Positions 38,457 through 49,800 are shown, counted from the first letter of the stretch. The stretch: 64,000 nt of DNA from an uncultured archaeon (GCA_964410585.1 CAYPFW010000001.1:160001-224000); one strand, 5' to 3'. Notes: generated by a model from the letters alone, not told the origin. Translations and numbers: made by a program.

Positions 38457-38513
38457 GGTTTACAAATCAAAACGAAAAGTAATGAAAGAATTGGAATCTG
38501 GATTTATATTGTT

Positions 38514-40070
38514 TTAAGACTTGGAAGATTTCCAAAGAAGTTCAAACTGTTTCTTGTGAGCCTCGTAGACGTTTTTGTTGTTGATTATCAGAAGTATAGG
38601 TTCTTTCTCTGTCCATTGTGTAATCGCAACCTTCTTGCTGTAGATCCAAATAACGTTTGGGTTCAAAAATTCATTTGACACGTATCTTACTTCCTGATTT
38701 TTTATTTTCAGAAAAGGGTTTTTCTTAGCTCCAAAGTCCACAATATTTTTTATTTTTGTCCCATTTTTGATCAATAAGTTCTCAAAAATTTTTAGATTTT
38801 CAGGATGCTTGTCAAAATAATATCCTCTAGCACCGATGAAATAAACTTCTTCACCTGTTTGTGCAAATTCTTTATGATTTTCCCATAAAGGACCAAATCC
38901 TCTCAATGTTTCTGTTTCGGGATCCCATAAACCATCAAAGTAAGCTTTGAAATTTTTATACAAAGTTGGAGACTCTATTTCAAAACATACCATTTCTTCT
39001 TTTTCCCATAAAAACATCAGAACTTTGTTGTCCCTGTATAGGTTGATTTGCATTGGGCTAGAAAATTTAAAAGGCAATCTTTTAATCCCAGTTATTTTCA
39101 TTTCAGGATCTCCTGCATGTATAGGGAGATTTTTTATTTCTTCAAAATATTCTGGTATGCAAAGCAAATTGGCTTTAATTTTTCTTCTTATCCTTTCTTT
39201 GTGATAATCAGCAAACCAGTCCCTTAACTTTTTCCCACCAAAACCATATCCAGCACCAAGAACAAAATACTCATCTCCTATTTTCATCTCATCCATCATG
39301 GAAGCAAATTTTTCTGTGACTGCATCAAATCCTTTGTATATTTTCACATCCCGATTCCAGAGAAGATTGAAGTAATTTCTGAACGAGTCTGCAAGAGTCT
39401 TGTTTTCTATATGGAAGAGAAAAGGCTTCTCAGCAAACACACGTATATCGACAATGTTCCCAAAAATATCAATATCAGCAGGCGTCTCAAGCTCTTTTGG
39501 TAAATATTTTGATTCTGTTAGCCCGAGTTTTTCTCTTTCTTTTCCCAATTTTCTTATAGACTCGCTCCACAACAGCCTTGCCCTTATACCTGCTTTAACA
39601 CGTCTATTGTGATAACTTTCCCAATATGATTCTAGAGGCTTGTGTGAAAACGGAGATGCACCTAAAATAAGAATTTCTTCCCCTTTGTTTAAAATTTTCA
39701 GTGACCTATCTCTTGCCGTTTTGATACCCTTCACACCCTCCAAAACATAGGCTTCTTGTTTTTGTTTTGCTAACTCTTTTTTCTTTTTGAGATCTGGGAG
39801 AATTTCTAAAAGATTTTCCTCCCTTTCCCTTAAAACATCTAAAAGGTTTTCAGGGTCAGCTGCCTCAAAAAATCTGATCCCATCCTTGACAACATAGCTA
39901 ACCATTCCTTGATCAATTAGTCTTTGGAGAATCGAATAAACAGTAGCTTTGTGCAGGCCGGATTTTTTGATAATTTGTCCCGTAGTTGTCGATCCTGTAT
40001 CTAAGAGTATTAAATAAACTTCAGCTTCCCTTTCCGTGAGTCCAAGGCTTTGTAGGATTTTTGTATTCAT
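38514..40070 (-). CDS. TrmB-family regulator with repeated C-terminal domains
   Basis: LGLTEREAEVYL.LL HTH; repeated G..G...F..LW units. Confidence 0.85.
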   Translation of the reverse strand: MNTKILQSLGLTEREAEVYLILLDTGSTTTGQIIKKSGLHKATVYSILQRLIDQGMVSYVVKDGIRFFEAADPENLLDVLREREENLLEILPDLKKKKELAKQKQEAYVLEGVKGIKTARDRSLKILNKGEEILILGASPFSHKPLESYWESYHNRRVKAGIRARLLWSESIRKLGKEREKLGLTESKYLPKELETPADIDIFGNIVDIRVFAEKPFLFHIENKTLADSFRNYFNLLWNRDVKIYKGFDAVTEKFASMMDEMKIGDEYFVLGAGYGFGGKKLRDWFADYHKERIRRKIKANLLCIPEYFEEIKNLPIHAGDPEMKITGIKRLPFKFSSPMQINLYRDNKVLMFLWEKEEMVCFEIESPTLYKNFKAYFDGLWDPETETLRGFGPLWENHKEFAQTGEEVYFIGARGYYFDKHPENLKIFENLLIKNGTKIKNIVDFGAKKNPFLKIKNQEVRYVSNEFLNPNVIWIYSKKVAITQWTEKEPILLIINNKNVYEAHKKQFELLWKSSKS

Positions 40071-40135
40071 AGTAGTATAGATTTAGACTACCAAAATATA
40101 AAAACTTTACAGGTATCTATAAGTGGTGAAACTGA

Positions 40136-41605
40136 ATGTCTTACAAACCCTTAGAAGATCGCCTTGTACTTCGAAATCCCAACACAGGCACCATCGTTGG
40201 AACACTTCCTATCGACGTTGTTGCGCTACCCGAACGCACAGTCCAACGATACGGAACCCTAACAGTAACAGAACTTCGTCAGAAGGTTGTTGAGCTTGAA
40301 GCGAAATGTAGGTACTTTGAAGATATGCTATGGTCAGATGCTTCAAAAACAGAGAGAAAAGACCTGAGAGATAAAATCGCAGAATGCCTCGATACGCTAG
40401 ACTACCGCTTTAGAGCATCACCTTTGGTTGATCCTGATATGCTAGACTACTCTTATCCTGTAATGGATCTGGAATCTAGTCAATTGTGGTTCGAGCACTT
40501 GAATGCCGAGATTGAAGTCTTGAAGATATGGAAACGATATGCAATGGGACTGCAAAATGAACACGATGCGCTTATAGAACATCAAAAAATATCATCCAAT
40601 AGGTCACGGCTTCCACCTCAAACAGAAAAACCAGAAATCTGTCAATATTCTCTCGAACAGAGCTTGCGCATGTTTAAAGTGAATGAAAAGTCAATCCCAG
40701 AATCTATCGAGAGACTTGTGAAGAATTTTCAAGCAGCATATATAAGATGCAGAACCGCACTTGCCGAAGCTGATCATAGACAACCTGAGGAATGTACAGA
40801 AACCAAAAAAACTGAAAAAGAAGACACAACACTTCTGAGAACACGATCCCCATTTACATCTTGGGTTTTTTTCTGGGGAACATATCTTTTGTATGGCCCA
40901 AAGGACGGCCTTGAAAGGGTCCACGCATATACTATCTCTCTTGATGCGCTGGAAAGTGATCTTAGCAATCAGTTAAAATTTAAATTAAAGGGTGAAGAGA
41001 AATTGAAATCGCTCACACAAGAACTGAGAGATAGGTATTCGGAGATTAGTCGGGTGCAATTTGAATTGGAAGGCAATGTCAGTGATTTAGAACCCTGGAT
41101 GCGATATGCACACAAGCTAGAAAAAAAGATTACCCAGATTCGTGAAGCGATCAAACAACAGAGAAGAAATAAACGACTGAATAGAAAGTCGCAAGAAAAT
41201 GTGGCAACTGATTCCGTGTTCCAGAGGCGAACAGAGAAAGGACATGTTCCTACATTTGAAGAGATGGAAAGAGATGATGACCTTGAAATAGACGATGATT
41301 TCCTTTCGAGACCTGATGGATTTCTTGATCTACTAGAAGAACAAAAGCGATCTGCAGCTATCACTTCAACACCTAGTGCTTCTAATGAAGCTCCAAAACA
41401 CGTTCCTTATAATTCAGGGTATAATCCAAGTTATGATTACACAGATGAGGTTGCTATTTCAGAACGTCGTGATAGGGAACTTGAAAAAGCTAAGAGAGCA
41501 CGTGAAAGGGAGGAAGAAGAACAATTCAAAAAAGAACGTAGAGAAGATTATAGAAGGCATAAAGCTGAACGAAATAAAGGCAAACCGCGCCATAAATGGA
41601 TTTAG
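40136..41605 (+). CDS. Hypothetical coiled-coil protein
   Basis: 489-aa charged helical ORF; internal W.RYA..L repeat. Confidence 0.7.
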   Translation: MSYKPLEDRLVLRNPNTGTIVGTLPIDVVALPERTVQRYGTLTVTELRQKVVELEAKCRYFEDMLWSDASKTERKDLRDKIAECLDTLDYRFRASPLVDPDMLDYSYPVMDLESSQLWFEHLNAEIEVLKIWKRYAMGLQNEHDALIEHQKISSNRSRLPPQTEKPEICQYSLEQSLRMFKVNEKSIPESIERLVKNFQAAYIRCRTALAEADHRQPEECTETKKTEKEDTTLLRTRSPFTSWVFFWGTYLLYGPKDGLERVHAYTISLDALESDLSNQLKFKLKGEEKLKSLTQELRDRYSEISRVQFELEGNVSDLEPWMRYAHKLEKKITQIREAIKQQRRNKRLNRKSQENVATDSVFQRRTEKGHVPTFEEMERDDDLEIDDDFLSRPDGFLDLLEEQKRSAAITSTPSASNEAPKHVPYNSGYNPSYDYTDEVAISERRDRELEKAKRAREREEEEQFKKERREDYRRHKAERNKGKPRHKWI

Positions 41606-41609
41606 TGAT

Positions 41610-41750
41610 ATGACAGAAAAATACTATGCTTTACCCTTGCTGGGAAACGGAAACTATTCGGATATTGGAGAAGTTGTTGTAAGAAAGAATTTAACTACAA
41701 AATTTAGAAGGGTGGGAGCTGATGTCTACCATATTCTAGAGGATCAATAA
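41610..41750 (+). CDS. Putative small protein (46 aa)
   Basis: MTEKYYALP... fits tightly between its neighbours. Confidence 0.45.
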   Translation: MTEKYYALPLLGNGNYSDIGEVVVRKNLTTKFRRVGADVYHILEDQ

Positions 41751-41751
41751 T

Positions 41752-42369
41752 ATGTTTAAAAAACTTTGTCTAGCATTGGCCCTTGTTGCAGGATGTGCAG
41801 CACCGACAAATAAACATTCGTCATTAGAATTGATAAGAGACCAGAGAGAATTTACATCAGTAACTGCACAAGGTGGTTTTAATTTAGGCGAGACAAGATT
41901 TTTTGGAAACTTGGATTTGAACTCACCATACAACAGGGCAGATACGTCGGATCTAGCAAGATTCAATGGAAGAGCAAGATTAGTAAGGCCTGTTTACAAC
42001 GGTTTTGGTTTGACATCAGAATACAAAGCTTTTAGTGGAGACAATAATGATGTTGCTGGTTTTGGTGTTTCATATTCACCAATTAAAGGGATTGAAGTAA
42101 GAACCTATCCTTTGAAAACAGACGGAGAAACAAAAGAAATTTGCCTCTCGTTTGGTAGGGTTTTTGAGGCTGGAAAACTTGACCCATATGTGCGCGGGTT
42201 TTTCGATTTTGGAAAATCAAAACAAAACTATTCTGTTGGAGAAATACAGCTTGGTTTAAAAACAGAAAATGGTTTCAGGGTTTTTACTGAACTTAGGCAT
42301 TCTGAAATGGAAAGAAGAAATGGAATAAAAAGTCCAGCGGCTTCTTTCGGTTTGGGTTTTGACTTCTAA
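41752..42369 (+). CDS. Secreted beta-barrel-like protein
   Basis: Signal/lipobox (VAGC), alternating amphipathic strands, terminal FGLGFDF. Confidence 0.6.
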   Translation: MFKKLCLALALVAGCAAPTNKHSSLELIRDQREFTSVTAQGGFNLGETRFFGNLDLNSPYNRADTSDLARFNGRARLVRPVYNGFGLTSEYKAFSGDNNDVAGFGVSYSPIKGIEVRTYPLKTDGETKEICLSFGRVFEAGKLDPYVRGFFDFGKSKQNYSVGEIQLGLKTENGFRVFTELRHSEMERRNGIKSPAASFGLGFDF

Positions 42370-43308
42370 TTATTGTCCAACAGCCAATCTATCTACTAGT
42401 CTTTGTTTAAAAATTTCCCTGCCAAGTCTCTCATTTTCCTTTCTCATTTTTTCTTGTGTATCTGAAACAGAATATTCAACGCTCCTATATTCGACATATA
42501 CTGTACCATCATCATGTATAAAGAAGATACCATAACAAGCTCTTGGCGAACCATGCCTTGGCTGACCAACTGAACCGAAATTAATGATTCTTTGAGTAAC
42601 AAAGCCGTTTGTGTTTGTGGGTGGATTAATTTGAATAGATTTTTTCCCAAAGGCATTATAATCAAGCTCATCTAACCAAGTAAGCTTCAGATCATTTACT
42701 TGAATAGGCTCCCCCCCTATATACTCAATTTCTCCCTTTGCTGAAAGCGGCAGATGAGAATGACCAACAAACCCTATTGGTACTTGAACTATTTGTCCTT
42801 CAACTTGTGTTCTCATAGACATAAGGGCATCTTTGAGATCATTTTCATCTAAAATATAAATGTCCTCAAAACCCGAATCTGCTACAAATCCTTTTCTTTT
42901 GTAACTTATCCAATCCTCTGCTGGACAAAAGCTGCCATGAACAAGGCCAAACCTTCCCTTTGGATCAAAAACAGGGGAAGGTCTTAAACCTTCTAAATAT
43001 GATCTATTTTCTGGACTTCTTTTTAGAACACTTCTATTATGCATTGCTGCTAAGCGTGCAACTGGTTTAAATCCTTCATAATCGCCTGCCAAAACAGCTC
43101 TGTCATGGTTACCTAAAACAGTTTCAAACCCTTCTGATCTTATGATCTCTACACATTCTTTTGGAAATGGACCATACCCTACAACATCGCCTAAACAAAA
43201 CTTCCTATCATAAACAACACCTTTCGGATCGTTTCTAGCGTGGTCTAGGACAGCTCTTAAAGCAGGTAAATTAGAATGCACATCACTGATAACCAAATAT
43301 CGTTCCAT
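42370..43308 (-). CDS. Calcineurin-like metallophosphoesterase
   Basis: SDVHSN, GDVVGYG, GNHD, HGS, GHSH, NFGSVGQPR. Confidence 0.92.
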   Translation of the reverse strand: MERYLVISDVHSNLPALRAVLDHARNDPKGVVYDRKFCLGDVVGYGPFPKECVEIIRSEGFETVLGNHDRAVLAGDYEGFKPVARLAAMHNRSVLKRSPENRSYLEGLRPSPVFDPKGRFGLVHGSFCPAEDWISYKRKGFVADSGFEDIYILDENDLKDALMSMRTQVEGQIVQVPIGFVGHSHLPLSAKGEIEYIGGEPIQVNDLKLTWLDELDYNAFGKKSIQINPPTNTNGFVTQRIINFGSVGQPRHGSPRACYGIFFIHDDGTVYVEYRSVEYSVSDTQEKMRKENERLGREIFKQRLVDRLAVGQ

Positions 43309-43348
43309 TCGTAGAATTAGTAGAAAGTTTTAAAAGGGGATCAAACTA

Positions 43349-43648
43349 TTAAAAAAATTTCAATCCTTCAGCAGCTGTGTCTTCTGATCTAGAATAAGTT
43401 GGCGCTTGTTGAGGTTGCTGAGAATAGCCTGAAGATGAGTTTAGTCCGGCATTAACACCTGAAATATCTCGTTTTTTGTCCTCAAGATTTTCGTGCACTA
43501 ATCTAGAGAATTTTTCAACACAAGCCCTGCAAACATAAAAAACTTTTATCACAGCTTTCAAAGGGCGAGTTTCTTCTAAAATTTTCACAAGTTCTTCTTC
43601 AGAAATATAAGTGCCTCCACCACATTTAGGACAGAATATAACAATCAC
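43349..43648 (-). CDS. Zinc-ribbon hypothetical protein
   Basis: CPKC...CRAC. Confidence 0.65.
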   Translation of the reverse strand: MIVIFCPKCGGGTYISEEELVKILEETRPLKAVIKVFYVCRACVEKFSRLVHENLEDKKRDISGVNAGLNSSSGYSQQPQQAPTYSRSEDTAAEGLKFF

Positions 43649-43709
43649 CTATATAATATATTGTCCTTCACCTTTTATAACCTTAAAAAACTTGCTTCTA
43701 AATCTGTTT

Positions 43710-45089
43710 ATGAGTCCAATAAATTCCTTGAGCCCTCTGGACGGAAGATATTCTAAACAGACATTGGATCTAGCCACTGTTTTTAGTGAAAGAGGCCTGA
43801 TAACATACAGAACAAGAGTTGAAGGTGAATATTTAATTGCTCTCTCAGAACGTGGAATAGCGAGGGGATTCACACCCGAGGAAAGGGGTTTGATCCGCTC
43901 TCTTTCTGATATACATACACAAGATACAGAAACTGTGAAACAAATAGAGGTAGCAGGATACGAAGACATACCGCCAACAAACCACGATGTCAAAGCAGTT
44001 GAATATTACCTAAGAAAAAAACTAGCAGACACGAGTCTGTCTGATTGTTTGCATTGGATTCATTTTGCCCTGACATCTGAAGATGTTAACAGTTTTGCTT
44101 ATGGATTGATGATTTCAGATGGTTTGGAAAAAATCCTACTTCCTTCTTTGGAAACTTTGTATACAACAATAGAAGCTTTAGCAGATAGATACAAAGGTTT
44201 ACCAATGCTTGCGAGGACGCATGGCCAACCAGCATCTCCAACAACTGTTGGAAAGGAATTCAAAGTATTTTCTTCAAGGATTGAAAGGCAATTGGACCAA
44301 CTCAGAAAATACGAAGCTCCAGTAAAGTTGAATGGGGCAACTGGAAACTATAGTGCTCATGTAGCTGCTTTCCCAGATGTGGACTGGATCCAATTCACTC
44401 AAGATTTTGCAGAAAGATTTGGTGAAAGAAAAATAAAACTCATCCCGACTTTGGTGACAACTCAAATAGAACCACACGACAGGTACGCAGAATTGTTTGA
44501 CAATCTAAGAAGAATAAATACAATCTTGATAGACTTTGCCCAAGACATGTGGAGATACATCAGCGATGATTGGATTGTACAAAAACCAAAAGAAGGTGAG
44601 GTCGGCTCATCAACAATGCCACACAAAGTCAACCCAATTGATTTTGAAAATGCAGAAGGAAATTTTGGTTTAGCAAATGCTATGTTTGATTTCTTTTCTA
44701 GAAAGCTTCCTGTTTCCAGACTTCAAAGAGATCTTTCAGATTCAACTGTTTTGAGGAATATTGGATCTGCTTTTGGACACGCTCTAATCGGTTACAATTC
44801 CTTGCAAAGGGGCTTGGGGAAAATCCAAGTGAATGAAGGAAAAATCTTGGAGGATTTAGATCAGCACCCCGAAGTTATTTTAGAAGCTGTTCAAACCATT
44901 TTGAGACGAGAGGGAAAACCAGATGCCTACGAACAACTCAAAGGATTTAGCAGAGGAAAAAAATTAACAACAGAAGATATCCAAAGGTTTATAGAGAGTC
45001 TCGATGTTCCAGAACCTGTAAAAGAAGAAATGAGAAAAATAAATACAAGAAATTATATCGGACTGACTGAGAGATTAGTTGATTCTTAA
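43710..45089 (+). CDS. purB: Adenylosuccinate lyase
   Basis: SPLDGRY, TNHDVKAVEY, RTHGQPASPTT, GSSTMPHKVNPIDFEN, SRLQRDL. Confidence 0.96.
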   Translation: MSPINSLSPLDGRYSKQTLDLATVFSERGLITYRTRVEGEYLIALSERGIARGFTPEERGLIRSLSDIHTQDTETVKQIEVAGYEDIPPTNHDVKAVEYYLRKKLADTSLSDCLHWIHFALTSEDVNSFAYGLMISDGLEKILLPSLETLYTTIEALADRYKGLPMLARTHGQPASPTTVGKEFKVFSSRIERQLDQLRKYEAPVKLNGATGNYSAHVAAFPDVDWIQFTQDFAERFGERKIKLIPTLVTTQIEPHDRYAELFDNLRRINTILIDFAQDMWRYISDDWIVQKPKEGEVGSSTMPHKVNPIDFENAEGNFGLANAMFDFFSRKLPVSRLQRDLSDSTVLRNIGSAFGHALIGYNSLQRGLGKIQVNEGKILEDLDQHPEVILEAVQTILRREGKPDAYEQLKGFSRGKKLTTEDIQRFIESLDVPEPVKEEMRKINTRNYIGLTERLVDS

Positions 45090-46360
45090 ATCTGAATAGC
45101 AAAGGTTTGTTCTGCTTTTGGTCCAACAGAAATTAGAGATATTGGTTCATCTGCCCTAAATTGAATCTGTCTTACATAGTGTTGAGCCTGAATTGGAAGA
45201 TCCTCAAACCTTCTGACACCGCTTATATCTTGTGACCAACCTTCAAATGTTTCATAAATAGGTACAACTCTTTTCCAATCGCCTCTTTTCATTGGTATAG
45301 ACACTAAATTGCCAGTAGGATCTTTGTAGTCAACGCAAACTTTAATTTCTTTTAATCCACTGAGCACATCTAATTTTGTCAATGCAATAGAACTAAAACC
45401 ATTTGCCTGATTGACTCTAACAGCATAATTTAGCAGGTTTGCATCGAGCCAACCACATCTTCTGGGTCTTCCTGTTGTTGCCCCATACTCTCCGCCTCTT
45501 TCTCTCAAAAAGTCTCCTGTTTCACCACCCAATTCAGTTGGGAAGGGTCCTTCACCTACTCTTGTTGTGTATGCCTTTGCAATTCCAATTCTAAAATCAG
45601 TAGATAGTGGTGGTCTTGAAGGATGAGATGCAGTTGTCCAAGGATATGATCCCCATTCAACATCCAACATAACTGCTTGAGCACCTTCAAGTATCCATGG
45701 TTCAGAAGTAGAACCAATTAACATAGGACAACTATCAACAAGGAAGGGCCGTAAAGCGTGTCTGGCCTCTCTATAATCATCCAAATAAGCAGCTATATCA
45801 AATTTTCTTCCTGTTTCTTCTTGATTGTTTCTTAAAGCTTCTGCAAATGCATCTTCGTCTAAAAATTCAGCAAAAGTAACTCCTGTTCTAAGTGCTCTGT
45901 CAGCATATGTTGGACCTATCCCATTTCCTGTTGTTCCTAATCTGTTTTCTCCAAACCTTCCACCTTTCCATCCATCCTCTGTTCTGTGAAATAGCAAAGT
46001 TACGCTAGCTCTTCCATCTATTCCAAAATTGTCTGGGGTAACCGGATAACCATTTTTTTCAAAGTCTCTTATTTCATCAACCAAACGTTTTGGTTCTAAA
46101 ACAACTCCAGGAAGACTGAGATTGTAAACCCCCTGCCTAGTTATACCCGAAGGTATTTGATGAGAGATAATTTTTATTCCTGCTGGTGTCACAATTGTGT
46201 GCCCTGCATTTGCCCCGCCTTGATATCTTGCAACAACTTTTGGATTTCTAAAATCAGTTTCGCTAAGAGGATCTCTATATCCAGAATTAAATATATAATC
46301 AATTACCTTTGCCTTCCCTTCGTCTCCCCACTGTAGACCACAAACCCCCAATACAGCCAT
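45086..46360 (-). CDS. purA: Adenylosuccinate synthetase
   Basis: QWGDEGKAK, GGANAGHT, GTTGNGIGP.Y, EGAQ, YGATTGRPRRCGW, TKLDVL. Confidence 0.96.
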   Translation of the reverse strand: MAVLGVCGLQWGDEGKAKVIDYIFNSGYRDPLSETDFRNPKVVARYQGGANAGHTIVTPAGIKIISHQIPSGITRQGVYNLSLPGVVLEPKRLVDEIRDFEKNGYPVTPDNFGIDGRASVTLLFHRTEDGWKGGRFGENRLGTTGNGIGPTYADRALRTGVTFAEFLDEDAFAEALRNNQEETGRKFDIAAYLDDYREARHALRPFLVDSCPMLIGSTSEPWILEGAQAVMLDVEWGSYPWTTASHPSRPPLSTDFRIGIAKAYTTRVGEGPFPTELGGETGDFLRERGGEYGATTGRPRRCGWLDANLLNYAVRVNQANGFSSIALTKLDVLSGLKEIKVCVDYKDPTGNLVSIPMKRGDWKRVVPIYETFEGWSQDISGVRRFEDLPIQAQHYVRQIQFRADEPISLISVGPKAEQTFAIQI

Positions 46361-46440
46361 CTCTAAAATATACATCTAAATAATTTAAGCCTTTCTGTGA
46401 ATTTTTGAAAACATAAATAGCTTACTATCAAGTCTAAAAC

Positions 46441-46818
46441 ATGACAAAAACCCTACTAATAGTGGATGACCTAAAAGCCAATCATGCACTGATTAAACAA
46501 AATTTGTATGGTAGATCATATAGGATTTTAAGTGCATATGATGGTGAAGAAGGTCTTAGAGAAATAGAAAAAGAACAACCAGATCTTGTTCTTTTAGATA
46601 TGAGAATGCCCAAGGTGGATGGAAGAGATGTGCTTAGAACACTTGGTACAGCATATCAAAAACCTGTTATTGTTTTCACAGGAGAACCTCTTACAATAGA
46701 AGACTTTGAAGAATATCCATATGTAGTAGCTGTTTTCGATAAAAATGCGTCTGGAGAAAAAATAGCAACAGCGATAAATGGGCTAATTGGAGATGTTGAA
46801 CCAACTGGAGAGATGTGA
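46441..46818 (+). CDS. Stand-alone response-regulator receiver (CheY-like)
   Basis: LIVDD, LLDMRMP.VDG, FT, K. Confidence 0.9.
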   Translation: MTKTLLIVDDLKANHALIKQNLYGRSYRILSAYDGEEGLREIEKEQPDLVLLDMRMPKVDGRDVLRTLGTAYQKPVIVFTGEPLTIEDFEEYPYVVAVFDKNASGEKIATAINGLIGDVEPTGEM

Positions 46819-49800
46819 TTAGAAAGGAAAACAATCTCCTCTTACAACTAATTTTTGTGGGCAATCTGGAATTCTTAAATTCCTTAGACCTCTATCCAAA
46901 TCATAGAAATAGTCAGAAACAAATTTTGTATATCTAATTACGTCATTATCGGTTTCCATTGATGTTTTATATATTTTTTTGTGATCCCAAGCATCCCATT
47001 TGTCTATATTTTTTGTTGTTATTTGAACTTCTACAGTTTCTCCCTGAAATTCCATAATATATTTTTTTGCTCTGAATCCCTTTGCTCCACCAGTTTGGAG
47101 AGTGTTTTTCGCAATAGAGTTTTCGCTATATGGGATTATTATATTTCTATATCTGTTCTCAAATTCTTTTGAAATAGATTCAAGTTCATTCAAGTTTTCT
47201 GCAACTATTCTTTTTCTTACCCAGTCACGTATTCCTGATTTTATTTCAATCTCTGTTATCCCACTTATTAATTTTTGTTCTGTTAATACCCTATCTTTTT
47301 CGAGCTTCATGAAAGCGGAAACAGATGTTTTTGGGCTACCCTTTACTTTTCCTGGCCATATAATATTCAATTCTTGGTGGAGTTTAGTACTAACTCTTGA
47401 CAAGGGAATCTTTACTCTTCGTATTTTTTCCAAAACGTCTTCAACCTTTGTCAGAGCAACTTTGTTCCCACTTGAAACAAGTTTTGATACTAATGGCGTT
47501 TTAATTGAAAATCTTTTTGTTAAAAGAAGTATTGTTGGGCTTTTTGGGGTCTGCTTTAATTCCAACCTTATTAATTTTATCAAAGCTGTTTTTGTGGAAG
47601 TTGTTGTAAACCTAACAACTTTACTCCCACCCATTACTGGAGCTATTCCAGACATTGTTATAGCTGTATCAATTTCATCATACGCCTCTAGCCAACTCAC
47701 AACTTCGTCCTCAGATACATCTGTGCCAATAGAATCTTGAGCCACATTCAACATGTCTTTGATGAAAGAGTATGTAGAAGATGCAAATTTGGCAGCCTTT
47801 TCTTTTAATGTTGGTGCATCTTCCGGTTGTGAAATGTAATAAATATTTTGAGAGAGGGCATTTACTTCAATAAAAGGTTTTACTCCATATTTTCCATTTT
47901 CAAAATATTCTATTCTACTCCCATCTGCAAATGTTATTATACCATCTCCTGCTTTTCCGTTCTGTTCCACTGTTTTTGGCAGACCTAAAAATGGTTCAAA
48001 CAGGTCATATAGGATAAAAAGTTCACCTGCAATTGATACAGGTGATTTTCCATCTTTCAAATAAATAATTTTGGCCACTCTTCCAGTGTATATGTTCTGA
48101 AATTCAACGTATGTATGGGTTCCAGCATCTATTTCATTGCTTATTGGTACATAATATCTCCATCTCTCTGCATCATTCTCCTCTGGAGAATTTGTTCCAA
48201 CAATGCCACTTACAGGAACATCGTTTTGAGCTTTTTTAATAAATTCGTACCAAATTCCAGATCCAAACCTTACTCTCTGTCCTTTTTCAAAAGACGTAAT
48301 TGCACTAAACCATTTAGTTCCATCTGACCTTATTTTTTCCTCAGTAAAAACAAATCTAAATCGATCTCGTAGATATGAGAGGCTTTTTATATCTGACGAT
48401 TTTGTACATAAGGGTTCTTCTCCAGTCCCCCTAAAATCATTACATGAATCGGCAGCTTGTCCTCTGGTCATTGGCGAAAACTCTTCAAAAGTAAGTTCGT
48501 TTAGATCTGAAATATCAGAATATATGCTTTCATCTTCTTCAGAAGACCATCCCAAAACACTTGTCGGTGGATCATAAACAGGTGATTGCGCTGACATAGT
48601 AATTGGTGATGATGAACCAGATCCTGAATTTGTATTCGCACATCCCTTTACATATTCAAAAAGTCTTCCGGAAACAGCGTTCCACCTTTTGTCCATGAAT
48701 TCTTTTTGGAAAGATTGTGGATCAATATAAGTAGACCACATTGCTGTGCTAGCTGCATCTTGCCAAAACATCTTGAGCGCTATCTCGCCTTCGGCGTCTT
48801 TGTATTTTCCGCTTCCCCAAGGACCATACTTTATTTCATTTGCCCACTTGAAAAATTCAAAATCAGTCAGTAAAGAATTCCATGTACATGTAGCTGAAAT
48901 TGAAACTGATCCACTTCCAGAACTCGATTGTTGAACTGGAACGATGCTTGTTATTTTATTGTTGTCCAAATACATGTTTCCATCTGAATACAAAATAGAA
49001 TCACCATTATCTGCAGATCGGATAGATAATCGATAGTTATCAAACTTTCTTACAATTCTAGATTCTGCATCTTCAACCCAAAACCATTGTTTTGATCCAT
49101 CGTTTCCGTTGAAAACAAGGTTAACAGGATAATCTCCGCTTTGAAGTTTCTGTGCTCGTATATCGAAAACAATTTTGTCTCCTTCCACCTTTCCAGGAAT
49201 TTCTAATTGAGACCATACATTTGAATATCCAATTTTCAAAACAAATTGTCCTGGAATATTTTCAAAAATCCTTTCTTGGCTTATTCCATTTGCTATTTTG
49301 CTCACTTTGTTATCTGTCCACTCTTTAACAAGTAGTTTCCCGTCATCTATTTGTACATGATAGAAATTCAAAACATCTGTTCTTATTGGATCTGGGTTAG
49401 CTGTCGAAGGTTTTGTTTGAACCCATCCCCAATTAACTGGAACATCTGTCCCAGGACCATTAAATGGTTTAAGCTCATTGCCCTGTTTTAGTATAACAAG
49501 GTGAGTTCCTATGTATCCCTCTGAATTTTTTACATTTGTTTTTACAAATGGAAGCATTGGAGACTGCCACAACCACTCGCTTTTGTCTGTAAATATGTCT
49601 CCTACATACAAACCATCTGGGAAGCCATTGAAATCAATAGTTAATGTTGATCCTTCTTTTCTTACAGGAACCCACTTCTGCCATTTGTCAAACTCACCAT
49701 CAAAATAGAATGCCCTATCTGTTGTACCTAAAGGGTATTTTGTATATTTTCCAACATTATCCCAAGCGTTTATTTTGTCAACATATGAAACTGTGAAAAT

